IMG/VR virus record: IMGVR_UViG_3300032046_000015
Coordinates: 1 to 64,000 of that record
Direction: 5' to 3' (one strand)
Length of the DNA stretch: 64,000 bases
Source: a virus
Below are positions 48,807-59,119 of this stretch, one piece after another. Made by a program: the position numbers and the translations under genes. The notes beneath the pieces are model-generated. The model did not search any database. It was not told where the DNA came from and was given only the letters and a program-made list of their open reading frames with translations. The first letter of the stretch is position 1, and every line of letters starts with the position of its first letter.

Positions 48807-49829
48807 TTATACCTTCTGTCTTGCGGCTGCGGCTGCTTTGCGTTTTTCCAACTCACGTTCCAGTGCTTCTAACTCTGGATCAGGAGCAGTTGCCTGTGTG
48901 GTTGGTGTGTTATTGGCTGATGCGGTTGTTGTAGCACCTGCTGGCGTTTTGGATCCACAGGCTTCAGCGCAACCTTTGGATTCATCGCACGATTGGCAAT
49001 CTGTGTCTTTCGCATCATAACCTTGGCCGTGGCATGGCTTCTGTTTGTTCTCTTCTGGCTTGGACTGATCCACTTGAATTCCTGTCATCAGAGCAATCAG
49101 TTCATCGTGTGTCCGTGCCAAGTCAACTGCTGCCATGTAAATATCCGCTTTGGCTCCTGGTTCGATGGATTGTTGGATCAAGAATGTGGTTGGTTTGGGA
49201 AGTGCGACAGGTGATATCAACGATTGTTTGTCCACTTCTATTGTGTATTTGGTGTCGTTTTTCTTGGTGCCAACTCTCTTGACCTTTAGGAACACAGCCC
49301 TTTTTGGATCACATGGATTGCCAATCTCTGCCAACTCATCTGCGATGCGTTCCCATTGTGTATAGGAACAGTTCCAATTGAGCACCTGTGGATCCAAGTC
49401 TTGAAAATCTTTGCCGTTTGGAATTTTGTACTTGATGGGCACCACAGCAAATACAAAACGTCTGCTGGCCTTGATGTCATCCAACTGTTCCTTGGTCATG
49501 TTTTCTGATCCAGCACCGCCCCACACAAGGTTACACACTGGGCACCCTTTACCACCTTCAGCCTTCAGATCAAAGCCTTTCATTTCTTGGGCCAAAGCAA
49601 TAATCCGTGGGTCGGACATAGCTGGATTGCGCTGTGTATCCAAACACATACCTGGTATGCGTCTTGGGCCAAGGCCATAATGGACTTGTAATTCCACATA
49701 GTTTGACATATCTTCTGGACGTGAACTGTCGCAAAAGAATAAAACTGTTTCACCTTCTTTGGGTGTAAAGGAATTGCCGCTTGACAATTCCTGCCTGCGT
49801 TTGCGCACGGCATCAGGATTAAATGGCAT
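48807..49829 (-). CDS. single-stranded DNA-binding protein (gp32-like)
   Basis: HYG..C..CPVC, RVGTKKNDTKY; position next to recA. Confidence 0.65.
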   Translation of the reverse strand: MPFNPDAVRKRRQELSSGNSFTPKEGETVLFFCDSSRPEDMSNYVELQVHYGLGPRRIPGMCLDTQRNPAMSDPRIIALAQEMKGFDLKAEGGKGCPVCNLVWGGAGSENMTKEQLDDIKASRRFVFAVVPIKYKIPNGKDFQDLDPQVLNWNCSYTQWERIADELAEIGNPCDPKRAVFLKVKRVGTKKNDTKYTIEVDKQSLISPVALPKPTTFLIQQSIEPGAKADIYMAAVDLARTHDELIALMTGIQVDQSKPEENKQKPCHGQGYDAKDTDCQSCDESKGCAEACGSKTPAGATTTASANNTPTTQATAPDPELEALERELEKRKAAAAARQKV

Positions 49830-49844
49830 TTAATAACCTCACTT

Positions 49845-50327
49845 TCATTCCGGTTTTTCTTTGGTGGCCATGCCAGTGGCTGCTGCTTGTGTACGTTCTG
49901 TGGCACCCAAACTTCTGAGGCTTTCAGCTTTGTGTTTAAGTGCTTGACAAAGCCAATAAAGCCTTGAACATATGGATGAAAATTCTGCCGCTTGTTGTTT
50001 GAAAGCCTGAAACTGCGGATCAGCCTCAACCACAGCTTTGGCCTTCCATTCTGATAGTTTTGGATCACTGGTGGTAATGGACACAATTGATTGAGCCTTC
50101 CATGATCTGTATGCCGCATCAATTTTGTCTCTGGCCTTTTCAGCTGCACCCAACAGGCTACCATAGAATGCTATCTCACTAGCCACCTTGGACATACCTT
50201 CAGACAAATCGTTGATCTGACAAGCTGCCATTGGATTCACTGTGATATTCTGTCCATCGATGTTGATGTCAAAACATTCCATGTTTAACCTGGCTGGCAC
50301 CTGTGGTTGTTGTTTGTTCCGTTCCAT
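49845..50327 (-). CDS. UvsY-like recombination mediator
   Basis: Helical protein with KLSEWK..ALKHKAESLRSLGA; position. Confidence 0.55.
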   Translation of the reverse strand: MERNKQQPQVPARLNMECFDINIDGQNITVNPMAACQINDLSEGMSKVASEIAFYGSLLGAAEKARDKIDAAYRSWKAQSIVSITTSDPKLSEWKAKAVVEADPQFQAFKQQAAEFSSICSRLYWLCQALKHKAESLRSLGATERTQAAATGMATKEKPE

Positions 50328-50584
50328 CACTTGCTCTTGCCCAACTCCAGGTTGGCCGATTGGTGGAATACCAACACATTCTTGGCTGGTACAGACACCT
50401 TCTGTTTGGGGTTTTGTGGGTTGAAGCATTCTCTGGCTGGACGTTCTTTGACCTTGAACGTTCCAAAGCCTTTGATCATGACTGTCCCACCCTTTATTGA
50501 GTTGCTCAGCACGCTATCAAACACTGCTTTGACAACGTCCTCACTCACACTCGCACCTTTTGCTACTTCTGGAATACCTGCCAT
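50327..50584 (-). CDS. HU/IHF-family DNA-binding protein
   Basis: IKGFGTFKVKERPARECFNPQ..VPAK. Confidence 0.9.
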   Translation of the reverse strand: MAGIPEVAKGASVSEDVVKAVFDSVLSNSIKGGTVMIKGFGTFKVKERPARECFNPQNPKQKVSVPAKNVLVFHQSANLELGKSK

Positions 50585-50629
50585 TGTCTCTCTCCTATTC
50601 ATTTGGTTTGGAAATCACTACTGTGATTA

Positions 50630-53600
50630 TTATATGGCCTTGCGCCATGAATACTGTCTCAATATTTCTACATGCGACCTGTCTTCTAATACCAGGCCAC
50701 CCCTCTCATGCTTAATATCAAACACTGCCACATTGCCCAACACTATCTGTTCTTTGAACTTTAGATAACTGCTGGCAAAGCAAACAGCAGTAAACACACG
50801 GTCAATTGTATCAATGCTAAAGAATGCCATGCCACGTCCATTCTTGTCAATTGTGTGTCGGGCATCTAGGATTAAGCCAGTCATTTCAAATATGTCGTGG
50901 CCTTTTTTCTTCACAGACTTATTGGTACCAACAGCCTTGGACACAGGATGCTCAATGAAATACTGTTCCCAAAATGTCATTGGCTCACCTGTTATTATCT
51001 TGTGTCTTAATATGTCAAGATTGACAACCATATGAGCCTTCAAACTTTTCCATGTACCATGAGTGGATGCGTGTACCCTTAACACAACAGGAGTGCCCAC
51101 GCCATCATCAATGACCTCTCTGAAAATTGGAAATGCATCTATATCCAACTTCACTCTGTTCCATACTCCTGTGGCATCTTCCACATTGAAGTTAGAGTAT
51201 CTAGCACCCCATCTCATCTTTAATCGCTCTTGTTCTGATGGCAATTCTTTGGCACTATAAAAATCACCCACGCAATTATATCTGACATCAATGATTTGTC
51301 CATTCAGATACACAGCACGATTGGTCTTGAATAAATCTGGGTCATCCATGCTAATGAACTTAACATGCTTGCCCAAGCCTTTCAACACATCTCCATATGC
51401 CTCCATTGGGTGTTTACCTAATGGCAATGGACTGACTTCAGCTGCCAGCAGAGCAAAATCTGTTTGGTTATAATCTGGTTCCATTTTACTCTTGGTCAAG
51501 CACTCCTCTATGGCTGTCCAATTGCCCTTGTTAGCCATGGCAAATATGTCCTGTTCGTGCTCCAAGAAATACTTGACATTGGGCAATAGATCAGATAGAG
51601 CACCAGCCTTTGACAGTGCCAATAGTGTTGTTCTCTTTACAAGCCGTCTGTCAACCTTCTGTAACATATCAACCAGTGAAGTATATGGTTGATATTTCAC
51701 AATCTCTTTGATTGAACTTTCACCGACACCTTTTATATCCAATAAACTACATCTAATTTGATTGCCCACAATCGTGAAATTCACTCCTGAATGGTTGGTA
51801 TCTGGCCCAAGCACATCTATTCCTTTTGCTCTTGTCTCTTTTATGAACCTTGTGACCTCTTGTCTGTCTGGTTCATTCTTCAACACTGCCCACATGAACT
51901 CCATAGGATAATGTACCTTCAAAAACATTGTCCAATAAGCAATCACCCCATAAGCGCATGAGTGAGACTTGTTGAATGCGTATGATCCAAAGAATGTAAT
52001 GCCGTCCATTAGTTTATTGGCTTCACCTTCATCCATACCTTTGGACACAGCCCCCACAACAAACCTGTCACGCTCTTTTCCAAGCTTCTCATCACCGTGT
52101 TTCTTTGCCACTAGTTTGCGCAATGAGTCTGCTGTCTCAGGTTCATAGCCAGACAACTCAATAAATATCCTTGTCAGTTGTTCTTGATATACTAACACAC
52201 CGTATGTCTCTTCACATATCTTATCATATATGGGATGGATTGGCTTGATCTTTGTTGGATCATTTTTCCGGTCAATGTAAACGTTTGCCAAGCCACTTCT
52301 CATTGTGCCAGGCCTGTTCAACGCTGTCAATGCTGCCACGTCAGCAAATTGCGTGAATGTTATTTCTTCACACGTCTTGTACATTGATGTAGTGTCAAAT
52401 TGGAAAATGCCAGCAAAATCTAAGTCAGTGAAACCTTGTAACACCTTGGGATCATCCAATGGCAATCGCTCCATATCTATGTCCAGATGGTGTCTATCCT
52501 TGATTGCTGTCAAGGTATCTTTAATGACAGTGAGTGTTCTTAATCCAAGCACATCCAACTTCAACAATCCCATGTCTTCACAACCCCAGAAATTTATTGC
52601 CGCAACCCTAACACGTCTGCCACCTTCATCCTTGGTCTCAATTGGCACAACGTCACATATCGGCACAGGCGATGTCAACACGCCAGCGGCATGTATTCCT
52701 GTCTGTCTGACTTGTCCTTCCAATTCCTTGACAATAGGTAACACATAAGGATAATGGTCATTGAATTTTCTACAAACATCAAATTCCTTGAAACTGTCCT
52801 CAATAGTTTGACTGGCACGCTCATCACCTGAACTCCTCTCTACAATACTGCTGGTGACTGCGTTCACTTCAGTTAGTGGCACATCTAACACACGGCACAC
52901 ATCCTTCAAACATAACTTACCTTTCATAGTAACAGCTGTTCCTATCTGGGAGACATTGCCTATGCCATATTTATCACACAAATGTTGTAATATAAGACCA
53001 CGCTTGCTGTCTTCAAAATCCATATCAATATCCGGCATATCTATTCTGGCTGGAGACATGAACCTTTCAAACAATAATCCATGTTCTATCGGATCAAGTG
53101 ACGTTATGCCCAATAAGTAACACACAAGTGAACCAGCACTGGAACCACGTCCAGGCCCAACCATGATTCCTTCTTGTCTTGCCCAACCAAATAACTCATG
53201 AACCAGAATAAAATATCCACTGAATTTCTGTCTCTTCATGGCAGCTAACTCAAGCAATAAACGTTCTGTGTACGTTTTTCTGTGCTGGACTGGATCAATG
53301 CCTAATTTGGCAGCCTTTTGCTCTATCTGATAATCCATATCACGCCACGGCCAACCGTCCAAGCATAATTGGTGTAGATACACATCGTGTGCTTCTGAGT
53401 CTGATGACGTTGTGTCCTTAATGTTCTGAGGTATGACTACAGGTGGAAGCAAACATTTGAACTTATCCATTACAACTTTGGCCTTACATTTCTCAGCAAT
53501 CTCCATAGTATTACACATAGCATCAGTAATATCTGAACCACTAATGTCATGCTTGGACAGACTTTCCACCATTTCCTTGGGTGTCTTGAACCAAAACTCT

Positions 53601-54397
53601 TGAGTGTCGAATTTGAATCTGTTCGGATTTGTCATCCTATCGTTTGTCTGGATACATAACAAAATTTCTTGATGTTGAGCATTCTCCTGGCGTATATAGT
53701 GGCAATCATTGGTGGCCACCATCTTAATGTTTAGAGCATGGGCAATCTTGACTAAATGCGGTGTCACTCTTAATTGATCTGGAAAAGTGTGAGGCATTAT
53801 CTCTATGTAAAAATCATCCCCAAAATTATCCTTCCACCACATGGCCTCATCGATGGCATCTATTGAATGGCCTTCCAAAATCAGAGATGGTATGTGCCCA
53901 GCTACACAAGCACTGGTAACAACAATTCCATCCTTATATTCCAACAGTGACTGTTTGTCTATCCTTGGCCTGTGATAGAATCCATCCACCCAAGCCTTGC
54001 TTGATAACCTGAACAGATTCTTTAATCCATCATTATTCTTGGCAAACGCACACAAATGCCACCGTGGCCTTATCCCCAAACGTTTTTCCACTTCAAATAT
54101 AGCGTGCTTTTGCTGTGCTTTTGCTGTCTCATCTATGATTTTGGCTTTCATGTCATCAGGCAAACTTTTAACCTTCATGTCAGAGGACATGTAAAACTCT
54201 ATGCCGTATATGGGTGTCATTCCTTCAATACTTTTACAGGTGATTGCCAGATCATAAAATGATCGCATTGAACCATGCTCTGTAACAGCAAAATGTTTGA
54301 GTCCTATTTCTTTGGCATATTGGACATACTTGGACACACTTCCGCAACCATCCAATAAGCTGTATTCTGTGTGCGTATGTAGGTGTACAAAATCCAT
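50630..54397 (-). CDS. dnaE: DNA polymerase III alpha subunit
   Basis: FVHLHTHTEYSLLDG PHP domain, GPGRGSSAGS, PDIDMDF, HAAG, KLDVLGL and YAFNKSHS motifs. Confidence 0.97.
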   Translation of the reverse strand: MDFVHLHTHTEYSLLDGCGSVSKYVQYAKEIGLKHFAVTEHGSMRSFYDLAITCKSIEGMTPIYGIEFYMSSDMKVKSLPDDMKAKIIDETAKAQQKHAIFEVEKRLGIRPRWHLCAFAKNNDGLKNLFRLSSKAWVDGFYHRPRIDKQSLLEYKDGIVVTSACVAGHIPSLILEGHSIDAIDEAMWWKDNFGDDFYIEIMPHTFPDQLRVTPHLVKIAHALNIKMVATNDCHYIRQENAQHQEILLCIQTNDRMTNPNRFKFDTQEFWFKTPKEMVESLSKHDISGSDITDAMCNTMEIAEKCKAKVVMDKFKCLLPPVVIPQNIKDTTSSDSEAHDVYLHQLCLDGWPWRDMDYQIEQKAAKLGIDPVQHRKTYTERLLLELAAMKRQKFSGYFILVHELFGWARQEGIMVGPGRGSSAGSLVCYLLGITSLDPIEHGLLFERFMSPARIDMPDIDMDFEDSKRGLILQHLCDKYGIGNVSQIGTAVTMKGKLCLKDVCRVLDVPLTEVNAVTSSIVERSSGDERASQTIEDSFKEFDVCRKFNDHYPYVLPIVKELEGQVRQTGIHAAGVLTSPVPICDVVPIETKDEGGRRVRVAAINFWGCEDMGLLKLDVLGLRTLTVIKDTLTAIKDRHHLDIDMERLPLDDPKVLQGFTDLDFAGIFQFDTTSMYKTCEEITFTQFADVAALTALNRPGTMRSGLANVYIDRKNDPTKIKPIHPIYDKICEETYGVLVYQEQLTRIFIELSGYEPETADSLRKLVAKKHGDEKLGKERDRFVVGAVSKGMDEGEANKLMDGITFFGSYAFNKSHSCAYGVIAYWTMFLKVHYPMEFMWAVLKNEPDRQEVTRFIKETRAKGIDVLGPDTNHSGVNFTIVGNQIRCSLLDIKGVGESSIKEIVKYQPYTSLVDMLQKVDRRLVKRTTLLALSKAGALSDLLPNVKYFLEHEQDIFAMANKGNWTAIEECLTKSKMEPDYNQTDFALLAAEVSPLPLGKHPMEAYGDVLKGLGKHVKFISMDDPDLFKTNRAVYLNGQIIDVRYNCVGDFYSAKELPSEQERLKMRWGARYSNFNVEDATGVWNRVKLDIDAFPIFREVIDDGVGTPVVLRVHASTHGTWKSLKAHMVVNLDILRHKIITGEPMTFWEQYFIEHPVSKAVGTNKSVKKKGHDIFEMTGLILDARHTIDKNGRGMAFFSIDTIDRVFTAVCFASSYLKFKEQIVLGNVAVFDIKHERGGLVLEDRSHVEILRQYSWRKAI

Positions 54398-54412
54398 ATC
54401 AATCCTTATGTG

Positions 54413-55540
54413 TTAGAATGGTGGTGGAATATAGTTGTTGGCACTCTTCAATAATGATAGTTGGTGACTAACAACCCGCTTCAAGTATTCAGGCAGACTG
54501 GTAGTCAACATCCAGTCCATATATTGCTTGCCTCTATCTGACTTCACTATTTCAGATAATTTTTGACCTTTGAATTTTCCAAATTCCAAACGGGCATCCT
54601 TGCCGTCAGGATCAATGATGAAATTACTTTTGGCAGCTAACTTATCTGCTGCCACACGTGTATCAGTTTTGATTTTGTTTGCTGCTTGAGCAAATGTTCC
54701 TTTTGATTGCTTTTCACTCCTCTCATATACCCATATATCTACACAACCAGTTTGGAGTGAAGCCATTATTCTGATGGCTATCTTTTGGTTGCTCATATCA
54801 TAACACTTGGATACTTCCTGTAATACCACACCAAGAACATCTACATTTCTGTGGTGTAATAACACATCTTTATCAAGTCCAACTATTTTCTTCAAAGGCA
54901 TTCCAACAGATTTGCCAAATTCGTACACAAGCGGTTGGAATGATACATCATAAACATCTCTGGCCGCATCAAATTCAAATTTGATTTCACCATTCGCTAT
55001 TTGCGCTGTAGTGAACCCATGCGACATGATCTGTTCAACGATTATAGTCTCAAGATCATTCCTTGATTGTACAACTACCAGATTGGTAATAGTAAAGAAC
55101 ACAGGTTCAGCGGCCATGATTCTGTCCTTGACCTCTCCTCTGTGTTCAGGTTCAACATCAGGCGGCATGTTTACATATTCTCTTTTGAAGTCTATCCTTG
55201 CCGGATCAATGCCAAGATATTTTCCATCTCCAACGTACACACCATCATGATCTGCTGTAGGAGTTGTGTTGATTGGCTGGTTTGGTTCTTTGTGTGTTTC
55301 TTCAACAGGTATCTTGGACTTGTCTATCTGAAAGGATAGTCCGCACTCAGTACAGGTATAATTGGTGCTGCCCACTGAGCCATACACCCTTTGCATTGTT
55401 GCTCCACAAGCTGGACACTTGAAACGGTTTGAGTTGATCCATTCCACTTCCAGTTTATTGCCCTTCTTGACCAGACCTTCTAATTGCCATCGCTTTCTGG
55501 CTGATTCCAAGCTCACCATGTCCAATTCCTTTTGATCCAA
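54413..55540 (-). CDS. hypothetical protein with Zn-ribbon and C-terminal DUF3820-like domain
   Basis: CPAC..CTEC; FGKFKGQKLSEI..YMDWM. Confidence 0.6.
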   Translation of the reverse strand: MDQKELDMVSLESARKRWQLEGLVKKGNKLEVEWINSNRFKCPACGATMQRVYGSVGSTNYTCTECGLSFQIDKSKIPVEETHKEPNQPINTTPTADHDGVYVGDGKYLGIDPARIDFKREYVNMPPDVEPEHRGEVKDRIMAAEPVFFTITNLVVVQSRNDLETIIVEQIMSHGFTTAQIANGEIKFEFDAARDVYDVSFQPLVYEFGKSVGMPLKKIVGLDKDVLLHHRNVDVLGVVLQEVSKCYDMSNQKIAIRIMASLQTGCVDIWVYERSEKQSKGTFAQAANKIKTDTRVAADKLAAKSNFIIDPDGKDARLEFGKFKGQKLSEIVKSDRGKQYMDWMLTTSLPEYLKRVVSHQLSLLKSANNYIPPPF

Positions 55541-56079
55541 TGAAATACCTGCTTAAAGGTATCATCCTTGGTCGTGTGTGTAGTATCTATTCTCATTTTT
55601 GGAAATTGTATCCTTGTAAATATCTTATGTCCAAGCCTGGTCATCTTGTTATATTGTTGTAAATTGATTGGAATTGTTCCGTTGATTCTATCCTTGGCAG
55701 CTTGATATTCGCATTCCATCCATATTATCACAGCTTTTGCCTGTAACATATTAGAATGCCATAAATTAAACAGAAAATTCCAATCACATTTCAAATCCTG
55801 TATTGTACCATACATAATTCCAGATGGCAATGACCTGTCCAGTATAACATCGGTTGGAGCCATTCTCAAGAAATCACTAGCATACACATCTTCATGAAAA
55901 GTATTGATAGCAATTCCATTGGCTTGTAATTGTACAGGATCAACACAAAATTCTTTGCTCTGATCAGGTGATACTCTGAAAGCCTTGTAGATAGGAACAC
56001 ACAACTCTTGCGACAGTCTCAAGGCAACATGAGACTTACCAGCGCCATTCAAACCTTCCAGAATAATAACAGGCATCAC
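55513..56079 (-). CDS. dNMP / thymidylate kinase-like protein
   Basis: ILEGLNGAGKS P-loop; LDRSLPS..YG. Confidence 0.8.
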   Translation of the reverse strand: MMPVIILEGLNGAGKSHVALRLSQELCVPIYKAFRVSPDQSKEFCVDPVQLQANGIAINTFHEDVYASDFLRMAPTDVILDRSLPSGIMYGTIQDLKCDWNFLFNLWHSNMLQAKAVIIWMECEYQAAKDRINGTIPINLQQYNKMTRLGHKIFTRIQFPKMRIDTTHTTKDDTFKQVFHWIKRNWTW

Positions 56080-57266
56080 ACCCTCATTGTCTCTGCCACA
56101 GCTTCTTTGAACCTTATTAAGCCTGTGTTAATACTTGACAAATCAACATCCAGGTGAGGATAGACACGCATGCGTGTTGATCTAAAACATCCGCATATGA
56201 GTCCATGACGCATAGCCACCTCACCAAATTTCTTAGCATCCAAACCTGGTGTGTCTAGGCACAGCATCAGACCAGTCCACCTGACCTCTCCTAAAACACC
56301 CTTGAACTCTCCTCTTGATAATTGCTCAAACTCTGCCGCCAAATAATCGCCCAACAAATTGATGCGTGTGAAAACATTTGGTTCAGACAACTCATCCAGT
56401 ACCTTGTGTGCTAGTAAACATGCTATGTTGTTACCACCAAATGTACTGAATTGGCTGCCAGGAGTAAGCACACAGAATGGTTCTATGGCTAGTGTGGCAC
56501 CTATGGGTAATCCTGCGGCCAGTCCTTTAGCAAAGCACATGATATCAGGTTGGACACCATATAAATGTGCCGCTGACCAATCGCCACAACGTCCATGTCC
56601 TGATTGAACTTCATCAAATATCAATGGAATGTTGTGTTTAGCACACATATACCTGATGTGCTTCAACTCCTGTACATCTGGCAAACGCACATCGCTGTTG
56701 TCGTATATGGGGGTGATCATGACTGCTTGAGCATTGTAAAACTCAATATCATTCACTGTGTCGAATGCCATGAATCCAGACAACTCAGGAGCAAAACCAT
56801 TGTGGTGATATGGTGTAATTTCTTGGTTGATTGATGCTGACAAGGCACCATATGTTCTGCCATGAAATGAATTCTTGCGCACCCATATCGTATCACGGCC
56901 AGGTGATCCTTTATCATGATTGTATTTTCTGGCTAGTTTTATGGCAGTCTCAACAGCCCCAGTCCCATCATTGCTGAAAAATACTTGGTCCATCTTGTGT
57001 ATGTTACACAAACGTTCAGCCAATGTCTCTCTTGGTTCAGAATAGAACACGTGGGGTATGTGTACAGGTGGTTGTTTGGTTGCCATGATATCGCACAACC
57101 ACTGAGTAGCCTTGCTAAAACTATTGACGCCTGTGTCGCAATACCAGTCAATCACGTTGTTGTATGTTACGTTTGTGACCATATCGTGCGCCACAGTTTT
57201 TGGATTGCGTGATATTATCTCAAAAGGATAATGGACAACTGTGTCCATGATTCTACTTGGTTTCAT
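56076..57266 (-). CDS. class III PLP aminotransferase (ArgD-like, divergent)
   Basis: SFHGRT, FDEVQSG.GR.G, PDIMCFAKGL and STFGGN motifs. Confidence 0.9.
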   Translation of the reverse strand: MKPSRIMDTVVHYPFEIISRNPKTVAHDMVTNVTYNNVIDWYCDTGVNSFSKATQWLCDIMATKQPPVHIPHVFYSEPRETLAERLCNIHKMDQVFFSNDGTGAVETAIKLARKYNHDKGSPGRDTIWVRKNSFHGRTYGALSASINQEITPYHHNGFAPELSGFMAFDTVNDIEFYNAQAVMITPIYDNSDVRLPDVQELKHIRYMCAKHNIPLIFDEVQSGHGRCGDWSAAHLYGVQPDIMCFAKGLAAGLPIGATLAIEPFCVLTPGSQFSTFGGNNIACLLAHKVLDELSEPNVFTRINLLGDYLAAEFEQLSRGEFKGVLGEVRWTGLMLCLDTPGLDAKKFGEVAMRHGLICGCFRSTRMRVYPHLDVDLSSINTGLIRFKEAVAETMRV

Positions 57267-58212
57267 TGTTGTTTATCCTCTTGCCTGTCCATACATCCCT
57301 GCCCCAGAATGATTGATAATCTTCATGGCGTTGAGTTGTGAAACTCCTATATGTTTCAACTGGTGGACGTTGTTGATACAGTTCATAATGTTGGAACAAT
57401 GGGCACATTGGCATGTTGTCCTCTCCTGATACACGCCTTTCATTCTCATGAATGAAGTGACAACCGTTATATGTGTCACCTTCCATACATGGTGGACTTG
57501 CCATTTCATAAAACACTGGATGGACTTTGGTGGCCGTTTCAGACACAATTCCTTGGATGATTGGCCCCCACAATCCCAACTGCAGTATCCAACATGATCT
57601 CTTGCCGATTATGTGGAGCATGCTGTTGATGTTCATCGTCCATGATATTCTGTGTTGCGCTCCAAGTGGCATCAAATCACGGGCATCTTCCATTGGCACT
57701 CCAGCATCAACCAAATCCTTGTACAGCTTTTGAATCTCTCTCATAGCAATGTGGTATGCGTTGTGTAGGATTGGGTTGCTATGTTGAAGTGCTTTGATTG
57801 TGTCGGCAACACGATATGCGCCATCATCAGCAAAGTGTTCCATGGATAGTATCCGCATAGATTGACTCCACCAGCTTGAATCTGCTTGGTTGGGCACTAT
57901 GTCCATTCCTATCCTATCATCATGTTTGTGGCCTATTCTGTGTCTGACTGCTTGTTCACGCCAGCTAACACTCACCCCTTCCATCATGAATGTGAAATAT
58001 ATGGATTCACTGACAGGTATCTTTTGCGCCACCACTTTTCTGAATAAGTCAATCAACCCACCGCTGCCCATGTGATCGTCAGGATCACGTGCGCCTTGAG
58101 CAACTTGCTCAGGAGTGATCAACTGGTTGTTGGTTTTGCTTGCCCACCATATGCTGTATAAGGTTTCAAGCGGCAACCTTGTCCATGATATTAGTGTCAC
58201 TTTTGGTTCCAT
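57253..58212 (-). CDS. thyX: flavin-dependent thymidylate synthase (ThyX)-like protein
   Basis: EQAVRHR...SQSMR, GVPMEDARDLMP and R.C motifs. Confidence 0.8.
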   Translation of the reverse strand: MEPKVTLISWTRLPLETLYSIWWASKTNNQLITPEQVAQGARDPDDHMGSGGLIDLFRKVVAQKIPVSESIYFTFMMEGVSVSWREQAVRHRIGHKHDDRIGMDIVPNQADSSWWSQSMRILSMEHFADDGAYRVADTIKALQHSNPILHNAYHIAMREIQKLYKDLVDAGVPMEDARDLMPLGAQHRISWTMNINSMLHIIGKRSCWILQLGLWGPIIQGIVSETATKVHPVFYEMASPPCMEGDTYNGCHFIHENERRVSGEDNMPMCPLFQHYELYQQRPPVETYRSFTTQRHEDYQSFWGRDVWTGKRINNNETK

Positions 58213-58225
58213 AGATTTTTGCGCC

Positions 58226-59119
58226 TCACTTTTCTTGTTTATTTATTGGCAGCAATTGTGCTATTGCTTTTAACACAGCTGGCCAATTATGTACAATCAC
58301 TACTTTGCCCATAAAAGGCTCAAAGGAATGGATGTTGGATTCACTACCATTGTACCATACCACACCCAAACCCATCTTGCTCAAATCATGAACATGCTTG
58401 AAGGAATTTTCAACCACGCACACTCTATCTAGCTTCAATCTGGACAATGCCTCACACTTGTCCCTCTCCCATAAAATGAAATCAACAACTATATTGTGTT
58501 GCTTCAACCACGTCAGTGTGTCTGTATATATTGTGTTAATTAAGTGTGCTGGTCTGGCTGTTAGTATCCCAACCTGATATCCCAATTCTCTTAAATGCTG
58601 TATTCCGTTGACAGCGCCATCAATAGTAGGCAACAAGCCATAACCACCTACCATCCTAAAGTCATGTTTGGCATCCTCATGATCTTTATGAGTGGGGTTG
58701 TCTATCCTTCTGGCTTGTAGCCACTGCGCTTCATAGGCAGCAAATCCGGTGGCATAATCAGCCACTACATCATCCATGTCTAGCACAATTATCTTATGTG
58801 GGCTTGTTATATCGGATAACCACCTGACGTCAACCAAATCAGACTTGGCATAAAATGCTTCAGCAAACTCCTCTGGTTCTATGCCTAAGCAAATCATTAA
58901 AGCCAGCAGGTGCTTGTAAACGTCCACGCACTCTATCAAAGCCTGTCTCCTATCTGCTTGGTTGTCCCGCACATTCTGTTTCAACAACCCCAAAGCCTTC
59001 TTGATCTCCACTGCCTCTTCATGCAATCCGTGTATGTGCTCCAAGAGTGCTTGAGATAAATCTACAACAGGCCAGTGTCGTTGTTGAATTTTCTGACGTT
59101 CCCACATTTCTTTAAGCAT
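58226..59119 (-). CDS. all-alpha dUTPase/MazG-like domain fused to HAD 5'(3')-deoxyribonucleotidase
   Basis: EEAVE..ECVDV..K in the N-terminal half; LDMDDVVAD and LTAR in the C-terminal half. Confidence 0.75.
   Translation of the reverse strand: MLKEMWERQKIQQRHWPVVDLSQALLEHIHGLHEEAVEIKKALGLLKQNVRDNQADRRQALIECVDVYKHLLALMICLGIEPEEFAEAFYAKSDLVDVRWLSDITSPHKIIVLDMDDVVADYATGFAAYEAQWLQARRIDNPTHKDHEDAKHDFRMVGGYGLLPTIDGAVNGIQHLRELGYQVGILTARPAHLINTIYTDTLTWLKQHNIVVDFILWERDKCEALSRLKLDRVCVVENSFKHVHDLSKMGLGVVWYNGSESNIHSFEPFMGKVVIVHNWPAVLKAIAQLLPINKQEK

Noticed and set aside
50630-54397. Intein in DnaE, RecA or TerL
   Set aside because: Lengths are normal and no splice-junction or LAGLIDADG motifs were seen.
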